Counted from the stretch's first letter, positions 23,857-36,055 are shown. The stretch is DNA of 64,000 bases from Vicinamibacterales bacterium (GCA_036257535.1 DATAFJ010000070.1:1595-65594); one strand, 5' to 3'. The notes: generated by a model from the letters alone, not told the origin. Program-made: numbers and translations.

Positions 23857-25179
23857 CTACTTGGAGGCGGAGGTCGTCGGCGATGCGGTTGCCGGGCTGA
23901 AGAGCAGTCCCGAGTACTGCATTTCCTCCCACGTCTGATCGCCCCACAGCACCTGTACCTTCGGATCCGGATTGAACTTGTTCTTCGCCGAGTTGTCGTA
24001 CCACGCGGAGGAGATCAGCTTCGCGCCCTTCGGTACGAGCAGCGGCTCGTCGAACATGTAGTACGTCTGCCAGTTGAAGTCGTACTTCGGGACCGCCAGG
24101 ATCATCTTCGACGTGCCATCCGGCAGCTCGAGGCGATACTCCCACTTCTTCCCGCGCAGGTGCGTGTGCGGCAGAATGCCCCACACGAGGGCGTCCTGCA
24201 CGAACGTCAGGTCTGCGTCCACCTTCACGTCGTCGGCGCCGGGCGGCAGGACGAGCCCGCCGTTGTAGAACGCCGTCGCACGGATTTCGTGCTTGGGCTC
24301 CTCCTTGGCGTAAATCAGACCCACCTTCGAGCGATCGGTGCCGGCGGTGCCATTCGTCGTGTAGTGCATCTGCAGCTCGATCGAGCCACCCGCCTCGAGA
24401 CGAAGTGCCGTTCCGGCAGGAAAGGTCTGAGGATCGGTGCCGGGAGCGAAGCTGGCGATGAGGCGCCGCGGGCCAAGCTCGCGCCCCTTCGGCGGCCGTG
24501 AGCCCGGGGCCCGCTCTGCGATCTTCATCTGCGCCGGATTGGGCTGGAGCACCGGCGCGCGCTGCTTGTCGGGATTGGCGCGGTAATACACGAGCACGTG
24601 GTGGACCACGGTCTTGTTGCCGGGCCGAATCTCGATCGACTGCACGTGCTTCGGCTCGGTGAAGTTCGTCGGGATGTAGAACCACTCGTATTCGACCGTG
24701 CCCTCGGCCGGAATCGGATAGTCCTCCTGCATCTCGAACACGGCGTCGGGCTTGCCCATGCGCCAGCCGTCGGTGAAGGTCGGCACGGGAGGCGCCGCCT
24801 TCGGATCGCCTTTGGCCGCCCCGGTGTTCGCCCAGCGGATGAGCGTCTGGCGTTCCGTGTCCGTCAGCCGGCGCTCGTCGCGGAGTTTGAGAAGCGACGG
24901 GGCGGCGTGCCACGGAGGCATGTTGCCCTCGCTGACCTCGTCGCGAATCGCCTTCGCCCACGGGCGCGCCTCGTCGTAGGTCAGTAGCGACATCGGCGCG
25001 ATCTCGCCCGGCCTGTGGCAGCCGACGCAGTTCTTATAGAGGATGGGGGCGACGTCGCTCGCAAACGTCGGCGCGTCCGGATCTCCTTTGGGGCGTGTGG
25101 ATTGCGTCTGAGCGGACAGGCCAAGCGAGGTGGCCAGCGCGAGCGCGCCGGCCGCCATCAGGAATCTGGTGACACTCAT
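23857..25179 (-). CDS. CxxCH heme-binding domain fused to a copper type II (PHM/DBH-like) monooxygenase fold
   Basis: 440 aa with a signal peptide. CVGCHRPGEIAPMSL..MPPW (planctomycete-cytochrome-c-like). Then VVHHVLVYY, LQMHY, PHTHLRGK and NWQTYYMF, matching the HH / H / HxH / M copper ligand pattern of PHM. Confidence 0.65.
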   Translation of the reverse strand: MSVTRFLMAAGALALATSLGLSAQTQSTRPKGDPDAPTFASDVAPILYKNCVGCHRPGEIAPMSLLTYDEARPWAKAIRDEVSEGNMPPWHAAPSLLKLRDERRLTDTERQTLIRWANTGAAKGDPKAAPPVPTFTDGWRMGKPDAVFEMQEDYPIPAEGTVEYEWFYIPTNFTEPKHVQSIEIRPGNKTVVHHVLVYYRANPDKQRAPVLQPNPAQMKIAERAPGSRPPKGRELGPRRLIASFAPGTDPQTFPAGTALRLEAGGSIELQMHYTTNGTAGTDRSKVGLIYAKEEPKHEIRATAFYNGGLVLPPGADDVKVDADLTFVQDALVWGILPHTHLRGKKWEYRLELPDGTSKMILAVPKYDFNWQTYYMFDEPLLVPKGAKLISSAWYDNSAKNKFNPDPKVQVLWGDQTWEEMQYSGLLFSPATASPTTSASK

Positions 25180-25186
25180 GCCAACC

Positions 25187-27298
25187 TCAGGGCGTCGACG
25201 TCGACGCCGGTTTCTCGATTAACCAATAGACGAACCAGCTCCGGATGCGTTCCAGCCGGTCGACCAGAAGCCAGGGCTCACCGGTCCTGGAGAGTCCGTG
25301 TGACGAGCGCGGGTAGCGCACGAGCTCGGTCGGCACCTTGCGCTTCATCAATGCCATGAACCACTGCTCGCTGTCGCCCAGCGGCGTCCGCCAGTCTTCC
25401 TCCTGCATGATGATCAGCGTCGGCGCCTTGACGCTCTCGACGTAGGAGATTGGCGACAGCCGCCGATACAGCTCGCGCTGCTCCCACGGCTTTCCGAAGA
25501 ACTCATATTCCGTCAGCCCCTGTGCGTCGGAGGTGCCGTACCAGCTTTCCCAGTTCGCAATCGATCGGCTGGTCACGGCGGCGGCGAAGCGGTTGGTGCG
25601 CGACGTCAGCCAGTTCGTCATGTAGCCGCCGTAGCTGCCGCCCGAAACGCCGACGCGTGTCGGATCGATGTCCGGATATTTCGCCAGCGCCGTATCGACG
25701 CCCTTCAGAAAGTCCTCCTGATCCATCTCGCCCCACTTGCCACGCGTCGCGTATGTGAACGTGTGGCCGTACCCGGTGGAGCCCCGTGGGTTCGGATACA
25801 GGACGAAGAAGCCGGCATTCGAGAGGATCGGGAACGTTCCAAACCACGTATTGCCGTACGCGCCGTGCGGCCCTCCGTGAATCTTGAGCACCATCGGGTA
25901 CTTGCGTCCCGGTGTGTAGCCGACGGGTTTGACGAGCCAACCCTCGATTTCGGTTCCGTCCGCAACCTTCCACGCCAGCCGCTCGGGCTTCACGAGCGTC
26001 AGCTCGGACAGCCACGCGTCGTTCATCGTCGTCGCGCGCGCTTCGCCGCTTCCATCGCCGCGCGCGACGAAGAGTTCCGACACCATGAGCGGGTCGCTCG
26101 CCGCGAACGCGATCACCGAACCGTCTCGCGAGGTGGAGACGTCGGAGATCCAGCGGTCGCCCTTCGTCACCTGACGCGTCTTTCCTTCGACCGTGACCTC
26201 GAAGAGGTGCTGGTTCCCGCCGACACCAGCCTCGAAGCGCAGCGCCGTCCCGGCCGGCGTCCACGCCGGGGCGCTCGGCGCCAGGTCCCACGTGGATGTA
26301 ACGTTCCGGGGCTGCCCGGCGAACCGGCCGTCCGTCCCGATTTCGACCACCATTACGTCGTTCTGGCCGCCCCGTTCTTTCATCTGGAGGAAGGCCAGCC
26401 GCTTGCCGTCGGGCGAGACGGCCGGCGAGGCCTCCGTCCCCGGATGTCCCGTGAGACGCCGGGGCTCGCCCCCTTCACGCGAGATGGCATAGATGTCTCC
26501 GGTCAGCTCGTCATTCAGCTCATCGTCTTCGCGCTCGTTCGCCGTGAAGAGAATCGTGGCGTTGTCGCCCGCCCATTCGACGCTCCGTACGGAGTACGGC
26601 AATGACGTGATCTGCCTGGGCTCTCCGCCTTCGGCAGAGACGACGAAAAGCTGAGATTTCTTCTCGATGGAGTAGTGGGGCAGGAACGTCAGCGTGCCGT
26701 CGCGCTTGTAGCGCGTGGAGGTGACCACCCGGCCGTCGAAGCGCTTCGCGTCGACCGTCTTCGAGACTGAGTTCGGCGCGATCCATCCGTCGCGCTTGTT
26801 CTTGTCCTTCCCCTCGTCATCACCCGCGTCGCCGCTCCCCGGCTGCTTGACGAATGCAATCCACTTCCCGTCGCGCGACCAGCTGGGCGGCCCTGCGACA
26901 CCCTCCACGTGATGCGCCTCGCCGCCGGGCGCTGCCACGCGCGCGAACCAGACGTTGTTCGTGTCCTTTCCGCGACGGGACGTGAAGGCGATCGCGCCGC
27001 CATCCGGCGCCCAGCGCGCACCGGATGATTCCTCCGTGGGATCGGTGAAGCGGAACGGCTTGCCTTCCGGCGCGCCGTTCTTGAGCCGCTTCATCCAGAT
27101 CTCTCGATGCCGTTTGTTGTCCTTTTCGACGACGGTCGTGACGGTGAACGCCACGTAATCGCCGGCGGGCGAAGTGGCGACCTCGCTGACCGTGACTTCC
27201 TTGTAGTAGTCCTGCGGAATCAGCCCGCGCTTCTGGGCCGCGGTCAACGCGGGAAGGCTCAGCAACGCGCAGACAGCCAACGAGATCAGCCGGTGCAT
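25187..27298 (-). CDS. S9 family serine peptidase (prolyl oligopeptidase/dipeptidyl peptidase type)
   Basis: Start trimmed to the ATG at 27298 (MHRLISLAVCALLSLPALTAAQ). N-terminal beta-propeller region and C-terminal alpha/beta hydrolase with GGSYGGYM nucleophile motif. Confidence 0.85.
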   Translation of the reverse strand: MHRLISLAVCALLSLPALTAAQKRGLIPQDYYKEVTVSEVATSPAGDYVAFTVTTVVEKDNKRHREIWMKRLKNGAPEGKPFRFTDPTEESSGARWAPDGGAIAFTSRRGKDTNNVWFARVAAPGGEAHHVEGVAGPPSWSRDGKWIAFVKQPGSGDAGDDEGKDKNKRDGWIAPNSVSKTVDAKRFDGRVVTSTRYKRDGTLTFLPHYSIEKKSQLFVVSAEGGEPRQITSLPYSVRSVEWAGDNATILFTANEREDDELNDELTGDIYAISREGGEPRRLTGHPGTEASPAVSPDGKRLAFLQMKERGGQNDVMVVEIGTDGRFAGQPRNVTSTWDLAPSAPAWTPAGTALRFEAGVGGNQHLFEVTVEGKTRQVTKGDRWISDVSTSRDGSVIAFAASDPLMVSELFVARGDGSGEARATTMNDAWLSELTLVKPERLAWKVADGTEIEGWLVKPVGYTPGRKYPMVLKIHGGPHGAYGNTWFGTFPILSNAGFFVLYPNPRGSTGYGHTFTYATRGKWGEMDQEDFLKGVDTALAKYPDIDPTRVGVSGGSYGGYMTNWLTSRTNRFAAAVTSRSIANWESWYGTSDAQGLTEYEFFGKPWEQRELYRRLSPISYVESVKAPTLIIMQEEDWRTPLGDSEQWFMALMKRKVPTELVRYPRSSHGLSRTGEPWLLVDRLERIRSWFVYWLIEKPASTSTP

Positions 27299-27418
27299 GC
27301 GTCCTCCTGGGGGCTTCGAGTATAACGCCGGGGCATTTGTCTCACGATTTTTCAGTCTTTCTTCAAGACTCCTCACCGGCGATTCCCGTACCGTCACCGG
27401 CAGGAGGTCTCGCACCCA

Positions 27419-27856
27419 ATGGCGACGCGCATGCTTGCCGTCATTTCCCTGTTGGGGCCGTTGACGCTGTTCCTGCCTCGTTTCGTCGTTCCTGCCGTAC
27501 GGCCCGGCAGCTACGTGGACACGTGGCAACGCATCATGTTCGGCCTCGTGACGCCTGACGGGTGGTTACTTCTCGCGTGGACGACGCTGCCGTACGGCGT
27601 CGTCGGCTGGCTCGGTCTCACGTTTCTGAGGCGCGCCCCGGATCCGACTAGAACCCTTGGGCTCCGGTGGGGCCTCGTCGGCTCCCTGGCAGCCGTCTTC
27701 GTACTTGGCGTCATCGTCCATGCTCCCCAACGGATGCCCGGGATGAATTTCGGCGTGGCGTTCTTCCCGCTGTACGCCGTACCCGTGGCGCTCGGCGGTT
27801 ACCTGGCCGGACTCGCAGCCTACAAAGCGACCCGGTGCCTGCCGCTATGGAGGTAG
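27419..27856 (+). CDS. hypothetical multi-pass membrane protein
   Basis: 145 aa with about four hydrophobic helices. GGAGG lies 11 nt upstream of the ATG. No recognisable family. Confidence 0.5.
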   Translation: MATRMLAVISLLGPLTLFLPRFVVPAVRPGSYVDTWQRIMFGLVTPDGWLLLAWTTLPYGVVGWLGLTFLRRAPDPTRTLGLRWGLVGSLAAVFVLGVIVHAPQRMPGMNFGVAFFPLYAVPVALGGYLAGLAAYKATRCLPLWR

Positions 27857-28836
27857 TTGAGCGTCTGCACGGTGAGCAGGACGAGAAGGTTCATGCGCGC
27901 CTGCTCCTCCGGCGTCTTCAGCCGCAGGTTCAGCTCCTTCGCGCGCGCCATCATCGATTCAATGACGCGGTCGATCGTGTACTGGTACTCGCCCGTCCAG
28001 CCGGCGACCATTCGGCGCGCATCGCGGCGGACTCTCGCGATGAAGCGCCAGGCGGCCATGTTCTTCGCATGCTCGGGAGCATCCGAGAACAGCCGGCGCA
28101 GATCGCGTTCGTAGAAGTCCGGATACGTCAGGCCGTAGTGCTCGCGCTTGCGCGCGTAGTGCGTTCGAAGCGTCCTGCGGATCTTCGAGGCGCGATCGAC
28201 GCTTCGCCGCGTCGTGACCGTCGGCGGGCGGCCGGCCAGGCTGCGCATCAGCTCGTCCATGTATTCGAGCTTCCGCCGCGCCGGCCAGCCTTTGTAGCGA
28301 TGCTCCCAGTCGGCATCCGGCGTCAGCCAGACGGCGAACGTCTCGGCAAAGTCCTCGTCCGGGTGGCTCTGCGCGTACCACGAATCCAGGTGCAGCACGA
28401 AGCGGCGGCTGTGCGGACGCGGCGTGTAGTACTCGGGATAGGCCCTCGACGAGTACCCGAACAGTTTCAGCCGCCGGCCTTCCTTGCGCAGGCGATAGGC
28501 ATTGTCGATGGCATGACCCGCCTCGTGCCGCAGGATGCGCATGCACCATTCGGGGTTTCCCCCCTCCACCTCGAGCATCTGGCTCTCTTCGAGCCGCATG
28601 AGTCGAGGATGCGCGAGATAGAACGGGAGGGCGACGCCCGGGATGCCATCCGGCGTGAACCACTCATCCGCCAACCAGTAGTGCGGGCGGAACACCAGGC
28701 CACGGGCCTCCAGCTCCGCGTCCAGCTGCTGGAGGCGCGGCTCGAGGCCGCTGCCCTCAATCGCGACGCCGAGGTCGCAGATGCGGAGGTCGAGCAGCTT
28801 CTCGTCGGGCCAGTTTGCCCAGTCGTCGGGCCTCAT
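27820..28836 (-). CDS. putative zinc-binding metallopeptidase-like protein
   Basis: 338 aa with no signal peptide. Single HExxH motif (RHEAGHAIDNAY). Resembles the putative zinc-binding metallopeptidase family. Confidence 0.6.
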   Translation of the reverse strand: MRPDDWANWPDEKLLDLRICDLGVAIEGSGLEPRLQQLDAELEARGLVFRPHYWLADEWFTPDGIPGVALPFYLAHPRLMRLEESQMLEVEGGNPEWCMRILRHEAGHAIDNAYRLRKEGRRLKLFGYSSRAYPEYYTPRPHSRRFVLHLDSWYAQSHPDEDFAETFAVWLTPDADWEHRYKGWPARRKLEYMDELMRSLAGRPPTVTTRRSVDRASKIRRTLRTHYARKREHYGLTYPDFYERDLRRLFSDAPEHAKNMAAWRFIARVRRDARRMVAGWTGEYQYTIDRVIESMMARAKELNLRLKTPEEQARMNLLVLLTVQTLNYLHSGRHRVAL

Positions 28837-28955
28837 CGGTTCGTCGTGTCGAGTCTATCCCGTTTGATTCCTACCGTTTACCGGTGTAAAATCGGTCGCC
28901 CTCTCAGCAGGTTGACCGGAGCGTCCGGGCCGATCCGGACCCGCAAGGAGCTTCT

Positions 28956-31154
28956 ATGAATCTGTTGCGCGTTCTGGCATGCCTGATCGCGTTTGCCATG
29001 GTGCCCTTCGCGCCTGTCGCGCTGGCCCAGCAGCCGTCGCAGCCCGCGCCAGCGCCGAAGCCCGAGGACCAGAAACCGGAAGAGCAGCCCGAAGAGCCCC
29101 CGAAGTACGAGGAAGTCGTCGTCGTAACCGGGTCGAGAGTGGAGCAGAAGCTCGTCAACGCACCGGCGACGATGACCGTCATCGGAAGCCAGACGATTCA
29201 GAACTCGCCGTCTCAGTCGTTCGCCGATCTCATGCGATCCGTGCCCGGCCTCAACGTCACGCAGATTTCCGCACGCGACGTGAATCTGACGAGCCGGACC
29301 GCCACGACCTCGCTCGCGACCGGTCAGCTCGCCCTTCTCGACGGCCGTTCGGTCTACCTCGACTTCTTCGGCTTCGTCATGTGGGACTTCCTGCCGGTGA
29401 ATTTCAACGAGATCAAGCAGATCGAAGTCGTGCGCGGCCCCGCGTCCGCCGTCTGGGGCGCCAACGCGCTGCACGGCGTCGTCAACGTCATCACGAAATC
29501 GCCGCGCGAGATTCAGGGAACGACCGCCACGCTCGGCTTCGGCGGCTTCTCACGGCCGGATGGCGATACCTGCACGGACAGCGACGGCGATTCCTGCGGC
29601 AACTCGATGTTCTACGTGAGTGGAACGCACGCGCAGGCGGTCAACGATCGCTGGGCGTTCAAGCTCTCGGCCGGCGTCTACACGCAGGAGCCGCTGACCC
29701 GTCCGACCGGCAACATCCCGAACGGCCTCGTTCCACCGACGCCGTACCCCGCGTATCAGAACCAGGGGACGACACAGCCGAAGTTCGACCTGCGGGTGGA
29801 CTACGACCATCCAGACGGCCAGCAGCGCTGGACGTTCAGCGGCGGCGTGGCGGGCACCGATGGCATCATGCACTCAGGCATCGGGCCATTCGACATCAAC
29901 AGCGGCAGCATCCTCGGATACTTCAAGGCGGGCTACGACAAGGGTGCGCGGCACGCGCAGTTCTTCACGAACATCCTGAACGGGGACGCGACGAACCTGC
30001 TGGCGCAGACCGGCCCGACCACGTTCCTGGATTTCCAGTTCAAGACGAGCACGTTCGACTTCGAAGCGAGCGACGCCAGAACTTTCGCCGCGCGCCACGT
30101 CGTCTCCTACGGCGGCAACATCCGCTACAGCTCGTTCGATCTGTCCATCGCACCCGGCGCCGACAACCGCACAGAAGGCGGGATCTACGTCCAGGACGAC
30201 ATCTTCCTGACCGAGATGTTCCGGCTGGTCGCGGGCGGGCGTCTCGACATGTTCAGCAACATCGACGCGGTCTTCTCGCCGCGCGTCGCGTTCATGATCA
30301 AGCCGCACACGGATCACACGGTCCGCCTGTCCTATAACCGTGCGTACCGGTCGCCGTCGGTGATCAACGAGCATCTCGACGCGACGATCCTGAACCAGGC
30401 GACGATACCGGCGATTCCGCCGTTCGTGCCTGCGCCGACGACCGTCGTGTTTCCCATCGAGGCGGTCGGCAATACCGACATCGAAGAGGAATCGCTCGAC
30501 GCCTACGAGATTGGCTACACGGGCTTCGTCGCCGGACGAGCCACGCTGAGCGCGGCGTTCTACGTGAACAACTTCCACGACGGGATCAACTTCGCGCAGG
30601 TCGGCACGTACACGACGCAGAACCCGCCTCCAGCGCCCGGTTTTCCGCCCCCGTTGCGGCCCCTCCTGAACGTGCTGAACAACCTGGGACGGGGCATTCC
30701 GTGCTGCTTCACCTACGTCAACCTCGGCGACTATCAGCAGGTCGGGATCGAGCTCGGCGCCGACTTCATGGTCAACCCCCACGTGAACGCGTTTGTGAAC
30801 TACTCGTGGCAGGACGACCCGGAAGCCGATGATCCGAGCCAGCAGGGAGAACTGAACCTGCCGCCGACGAACCGGTTCAACGTCGGCATGAACTTCAGCT
30901 ACGGCCGATACCTGGGCAACTTCGCCGTGAGCTACCAGGACGATGCGTTTTTCCAGGACGTGCTCGACGCGCGCTATCACGGGACGACGGAGCCGTTTAC
31001 GCTCGTCAACGCGGGCGTGGGCGTCAAGTTCGGCGGCAACCGTTACACGGCGTCGGCGAAGTTCGTGAACCTGTTCAACGACCGCGTGCAGCAGCACGTC
31101 TTCGGCGACGTCCTGCAGCGGCAGGTCATTGGCGAGATTCGCGTCACGTTCTGA
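28956..31154 (+). CDS. TonB-dependent receptor
   Basis: 732 aa with signal peptide and a Pro/Glu-rich linker. Plug region VVVTGSRVEQKL..IEVVRGPASAVWGANALHGVVNVITK. C-terminal beta-barrel ends in ..EIRVTF. AAGGAG SD. Confidence 0.9.
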   Translation: MNLLRVLACLIAFAMVPFAPVALAQQPSQPAPAPKPEDQKPEEQPEEPPKYEEVVVVTGSRVEQKLVNAPATMTVIGSQTIQNSPSQSFADLMRSVPGLNVTQISARDVNLTSRTATTSLATGQLALLDGRSVYLDFFGFVMWDFLPVNFNEIKQIEVVRGPASAVWGANALHGVVNVITKSPREIQGTTATLGFGGFSRPDGDTCTDSDGDSCGNSMFYVSGTHAQAVNDRWAFKLSAGVYTQEPLTRPTGNIPNGLVPPTPYPAYQNQGTTQPKFDLRVDYDHPDGQQRWTFSGGVAGTDGIMHSGIGPFDINSGSILGYFKAGYDKGARHAQFFTNILNGDATNLLAQTGPTTFLDFQFKTSTFDFEASDARTFAARHVVSYGGNIRYSSFDLSIAPGADNRTEGGIYVQDDIFLTEMFRLVAGGRLDMFSNIDAVFSPRVAFMIKPHTDHTVRLSYNRAYRSPSVINEHLDATILNQATIPAIPPFVPAPTTVVFPIEAVGNTDIEEESLDAYEIGYTGFVAGRATLSAAFYVNNFHDGINFAQVGTYTTQNPPPAPGFPPPLRPLLNVLNNLGRGIPCCFTYVNLGDYQQVGIELGADFMVNPHVNAFVNYSWQDDPEADDPSQQGELNLPPTNRFNVGMNFSYGRYLGNFAVSYQDDAFFQDVLDARYHGTTEPFTLVNAGVGVKFGGNRYTASAKFVNLFNDRVQQHVFGDVLQRQVIGEIRVTF

Positions 31155-31160
31155 CGTCTA

Positions 31161-31307
31161 CTCAAGTACGAAGTACGAAGTTCGAGGTACGAAGTAAGTG
31201 GAAGGTAGGAAGTGAAAAGTCCCTGTACGCGTGCCCAGCGTAGTACACTTGCTACTTTCCACTTGCGAACTTACCTCGAACATCGTACTTCGAACTTCGT
31301 ACTTGAG
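31161..31307. repeat. 147-bp imperfect palindrome built from GTACGAA-type heptamers
   Basis: Begins CTCAAGTACGAAGTACGAAGTTCGAGGTACGAAG and ends CGAACTTCGTACTTGAG. It has the same 13-nt termini (CTCAAGTACGAAG / CTTCGTACTTGAG) as the 1752-1858 copy. Confidence 0.85.
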
Positions 31308-31309
31308 CA

Positions 31310-33142
<1,833 letters not shown>

Positions 33143-33165
33143 AAGGGCAGTACAATCGAGGATCC

Positions 33166-34836
33166 ATGCAATACATCTACACGATGAAGGGCCTCGGGAA
33201 GATTCATCCTCCCGATAAAGTCGTCCTTCGCGATATCTGGTTGTCGTTTCTGCCCGGGGCGAAGATTGGTGTGCTCGGACTCAACGGAGCAGGGAAGAGC
33301 ACGCTGCTGCGGATCATGGCGGGCGAAGACCGCGACTTTGGCGGCGAGGCGTTTCCCGCCGAAGGGATTTCCGTCGGGTTTCTGCCGCAGGAGCCGCGTC
33401 TCGATCCGAAGAAGAACGTGCTCGGCAACGTCGAAGATGGCGTCGCCGAGGTTCGCGCGCTCCTGACGCGCTTCGACGAGGTCAACGCGAAGTTCGGGGA
33501 GGACATGTCTGCCGAGGCGATGGACAAGCTCCTCGCCGAACAGGCGAAGCTCCAGGACAAGATCGACGCCGCCAACGCATGGGACCTCGATTCCAGGCTC
33601 GAGCTGGCGATGGACGCCCTGCGTCTTCCGCCGGCGGACGCGGACGTGGCGACGCTCTCTGGAGGCGAGCGTCGGCGCGTCGCGTTGTGCCGCCTGCTGC
33701 TGCAGTCGCCCGACCTGCTTCTCCTCGACGAACCGACTAACCATCTCGACGCCGAATCGGTCGCGTGGCTCGAGCGGTTTCTCAAGGACTATCCCGGCAC
33801 TGTCGTCGCGGTCACGCACGATCGGTACTTTCTCGACAACGTGGCCGGCTGGATCCTGGAGCTCGATCGCGGGCATGGCATCCCCTGGGAGGGGAACTAT
33901 TCGTCCTGGCTCGATCAGAAGCAGCAGCGCCTGGCCGTCGAGGAAAAACAGGAGACGCGGCGGCAGCGGACGCTGCAGCGCGAGCTCGAGTGGATCCGGA
34001 TGTCGCCGCGCGCGAGGCAGGCGAAAGGAAAGGCGCGCCTCAACAAGTACGAGGAGCTGCTCGCGGAAGACACGCCGCAGAAGATGGAATCGGTCGAGAT
34101 TTACATTCCGCCCGGTCCGCGGCTCGGCGACACGGTCGTCGAGGCACGTGGCGTTCGCAAGTCGTATGGCGATCTCCTCCTGATGGACGACGTGAGCTTC
34201 ACGCTGCCGCGCGGAGGCATCGTCGGCGTGATCGGGCCGAACGGAGCGGGCAAGACGACGCTGTTCCGGATGGTCACCGCTGCCGAGAAGCCGGACGCCG
34301 GAACGTTGAAGCTCGGCGACACCGTGCAGATTGGCTACGTCGATCAATCCCGCGACGCGCTCGAGTCGAACAAGACCGTCTGGGAAGAGATCGGCGGCGG
34401 CCAGGAGGAGCTGACGCTCGGCAAGCGCACGGTGCCGTCGCGCGCGTATGCCTCCTGGTTCAACTTCAAGGGACGCGACCAGCAGCGCAAGGTCGGCACG
34501 CTCTCGGGCGGCGAGCGCAACAGGCTCCACCTCGCCAAGCTCCTGCGCAAGGGATCGAACCTGCTGCTGCTCGACGAGCCCACGAACGATCTCGACGTCG
34601 ACACGCTGCGCGCGCTCGAGGACGCCCTGGTCGAGTTCGCCGGCTGCGTCGTCGTCATCAGCCACGATCGGTGGTTCCTCGACCGCATCGCCACGCACAT
34701 GCTCGCCTTCGAGGGCGACAGCCGCGTGGTCTGGTTCGAGGGCAACTACCAGGATTACGAGGCCGATCGGAAACGCCGGCTGGGCGCCGAGGCGGACCAG
34801 CCCCACCGGATCAAGTACCGGAAGCTGACGCGATGA
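33166..34836 (+). CDS. ettA: energy-dependent translational throttle protein EttA (ABC-F ATPase)
   Basis: 556 aa. N-terminus [51 protein letters not shown] is nearly co-linear with E. coli EttA. Two ABC cassettes. Confidence 0.9.
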   Translation: MQYIYTMKGLGKIHPPDKVVLRDIWLSFLPGAKIGVLGLNGAGKSTLLRIMAGEDRDFGGEAFPAEGISVGFLPQEPRLDPKKNVLGNVEDGVAEVRALLTRFDEVNAKFGEDMSAEAMDKLLAEQAKLQDKIDAANAWDLDSRLELAMDALRLPPADADVATLSGGERRRVALCRLLLQSPDLLLLDEPTNHLDAESVAWLERFLKDYPGTVVAVTHDRYFLDNVAGWILELDRGHGIPWEGNYSSWLDQKQQRLAVEEKQETRRQRTLQRELEWIRMSPRARQAKGKARLNKYEELLAEDTPQKMESVEIYIPPGPRLGDTVVEARGVRKSYGDLLLMDDVSFTLPRGGIVGVIGPNGAGKTTLFRMVTAAEKPDAGTLKLGDTVQIGYVDQSRDALESNKTVWEEIGGGQEELTLGKRTVPSRAYASWFNFKGRDQQRKVGTLSGGERNRLHLAKLLRKGSNLLLLDEPTNDLDVDTLRALEDALVEFAGCVVVISHDRWFLDRIATHMLAFEGDSRVVWFEGNYQDYEADRKRRLGAEADQPHRIKYRKLTR

Positions 34837-35825
34837 AAAGGGGACAGTCACCTTTTTTCGTCCTTTGTAAAAAGGTGACTGTCCCCTTTTTGCTGGCGGC
34901 CTCCTGTTCCAGCCCGTCGAACGTCCAGTACCTGTCCATTGCCACGGGGGATACCGGCGGCGTTTACTACGCCTATGGTGGAGGACTGGCCAAGGTCGTG
35001 AGCGAACACGTGCCCGGGGTGCGCGCGACGGCCGAGTCCACGGCGGCGTCGGTCGACAACTTGAAGCTGATTCGCGACGGCCAGGCGGACGTGGCGTTCA
35101 CGCTCGCGGACACCGCGGCCGACGCGGCCGCGGCGCGCGGCCCGTTCGCGGGAACCACGCCTGTTGCGGCGCGCGCGCTCGCCGTCCTCTACTTCAATTA
35201 CCTGCATCTCGTCACACTCGATTCGGCGTTGAGTTCGATCCACGATCTGCGTGGACGAGTCGTCTCGACGGGTCTGCCCGGCAGCGGCACGGAGGTGACG
35301 GCCCGTCGCGTCCTTTCTGCGGCGGGCATCGATCCGGATCGTGATGTGACCCGCCGCGGCCTGGGTCCGGGCCAGGGTGCGGATGCACTGAAGGACGGAA
35401 AGATCGCCGCGCTCTTCTGGAGCGGAGGGTTGCCGACGCCCGCGTTTCTCGACCTCGCGCATTCGCCGAACGTCCGCCTGCGGCTGATCGCGACCGCTCC
35501 CGCGCTCGACTCGCTGAAAAAAGAGTATGGCGCCTTGTACAGGCAGCTCGAGATCCCGAGCGGCGCCTATCGCGGACTCGATGCCGCGGTCCCCGTCGTT
35601 GGCGTCGCGAACCTGCTGGTCGTGCGCGCGGACATGCCGGAGGATCTCGCGTATCGCCTCACCCGGGTGCTGTTCGAGAACCAGGCGGAGCTGGCGGTCG
35701 TCCATCCGGAAGCAAAGAAGCTCTCGCTGGAAACAGCGGTGACCGGCTCACCGCTCGAGTATCATGCCGGGGCGGTTCGTTACTATCGCGAACGGAACGT
35801 CCCGCAGACAAGTCTGAAGCAATGA
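34833..35825 (+). CDS. TAXI-family TRAP-type solute-binding protein (orphan)
   Basis: The real gene is the C-terminal 330 aa of the 686-aa track [27 protein letters not shown] and [11 protein letters not shown] are typical of TAXI. The proposed ATG at 34833 (ATGA overlap with ettA) gives a lipoprotein-like LLAASC. The start is uncertain because it is encoded by the hairpin. Confidence 0.7.
   Translation: MKRGQSPFFVLCKKVTVPFLLAASCSSPSNVQYLSIATGDTGGVYYAYGGGLAKVVSEHVPGVRATAESTAASVDNLKLIRDGQADVAFTLADTAADAAAARGPFAGTTPVAARALAVLYFNYLHLVTLDSALSSIHDLRGRVVSTGLPGSGTEVTARRVLSAAGIDPDRDVTRRGLGPGQGADALKDGKIAALFWSGGLPTPAFLDLAHSPNVRLRLIATAPALDSLKKEYGALYRQLEIPSGAYRGLDAAVPVVGVANLLVVRADMPEDLAYRLTRVLFENQAELAVVHPEAKKLSLETAVTGSPLEYHAGAVRYYRERNVPQTSLKQ
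34836..34891. terminator. A-tract / GGGGACAGTCACC stem / T-tract hairpin (copy 1)
   Basis: AAAAGGGGACAGTCACCTTTTTT, a 10-nt loop, then AAAAAGGTGACTGTCCCCTTTTT. Perfect 13-bp GC-rich core extended by A/T pairs. Starts at the ettA stop codon and lies inside the predicted 5' end of the next CDS. Confidence 0.55.
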
Positions 35826-36052
35826 CAAGTCCGTCCTACACGATTTTCACTCGCGGCGTGGGCACCTGCGGGCACGTGCATCGGACGCTGACCGGCGCGA
35901 TGGACTGCCTGCGCCGCACCGGCCGTCACGCGCGCGGGGAGCGCCGCGCGCCCCAGATTCGCGTGCTCACGGGACGTACGGACCTGGTCGACTTCGACAT
36001 CAATAAAGGTCCCGGCGAGCCCATCAGGGAGGCGCCCGAAGTCCCTTCGTGA
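35822..36052 (+). CDS. small hypothetical protein (76 aa) with CGHVH..DC motif
   Basis: ATGA overlap with the upstream stop, and the next gene starts 3 nt after its stop. Third-codon positions are overwhelmingly G/C, as in neighbouring genes. No recognisable family. Confidence 0.45.
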   Translation: MTSPSYTIFTRGVGTCGHVHRTLTGAMDCLRRTGRHARGERRAPQIRVLTGRTDLVDFDINKGPGEPIREAPEVPS

Positions 36053-36055
36053 TCC

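Noticed and set aside
28837-28955. Possible cobalamin riboswitch upstream of the TonB-dependent receptor. CCGGTGTAAAATCGGTCGC and CCCGCAAGGAG vaguely recall conserved B12-element segments.
   Set aside because: The spacer is only 119 nt and must also hold a divergent promoter. There is no convincing B12 box, and the similarity is limited to two short strings. A covariance-model scan (Rfam RF00174) would settle it.
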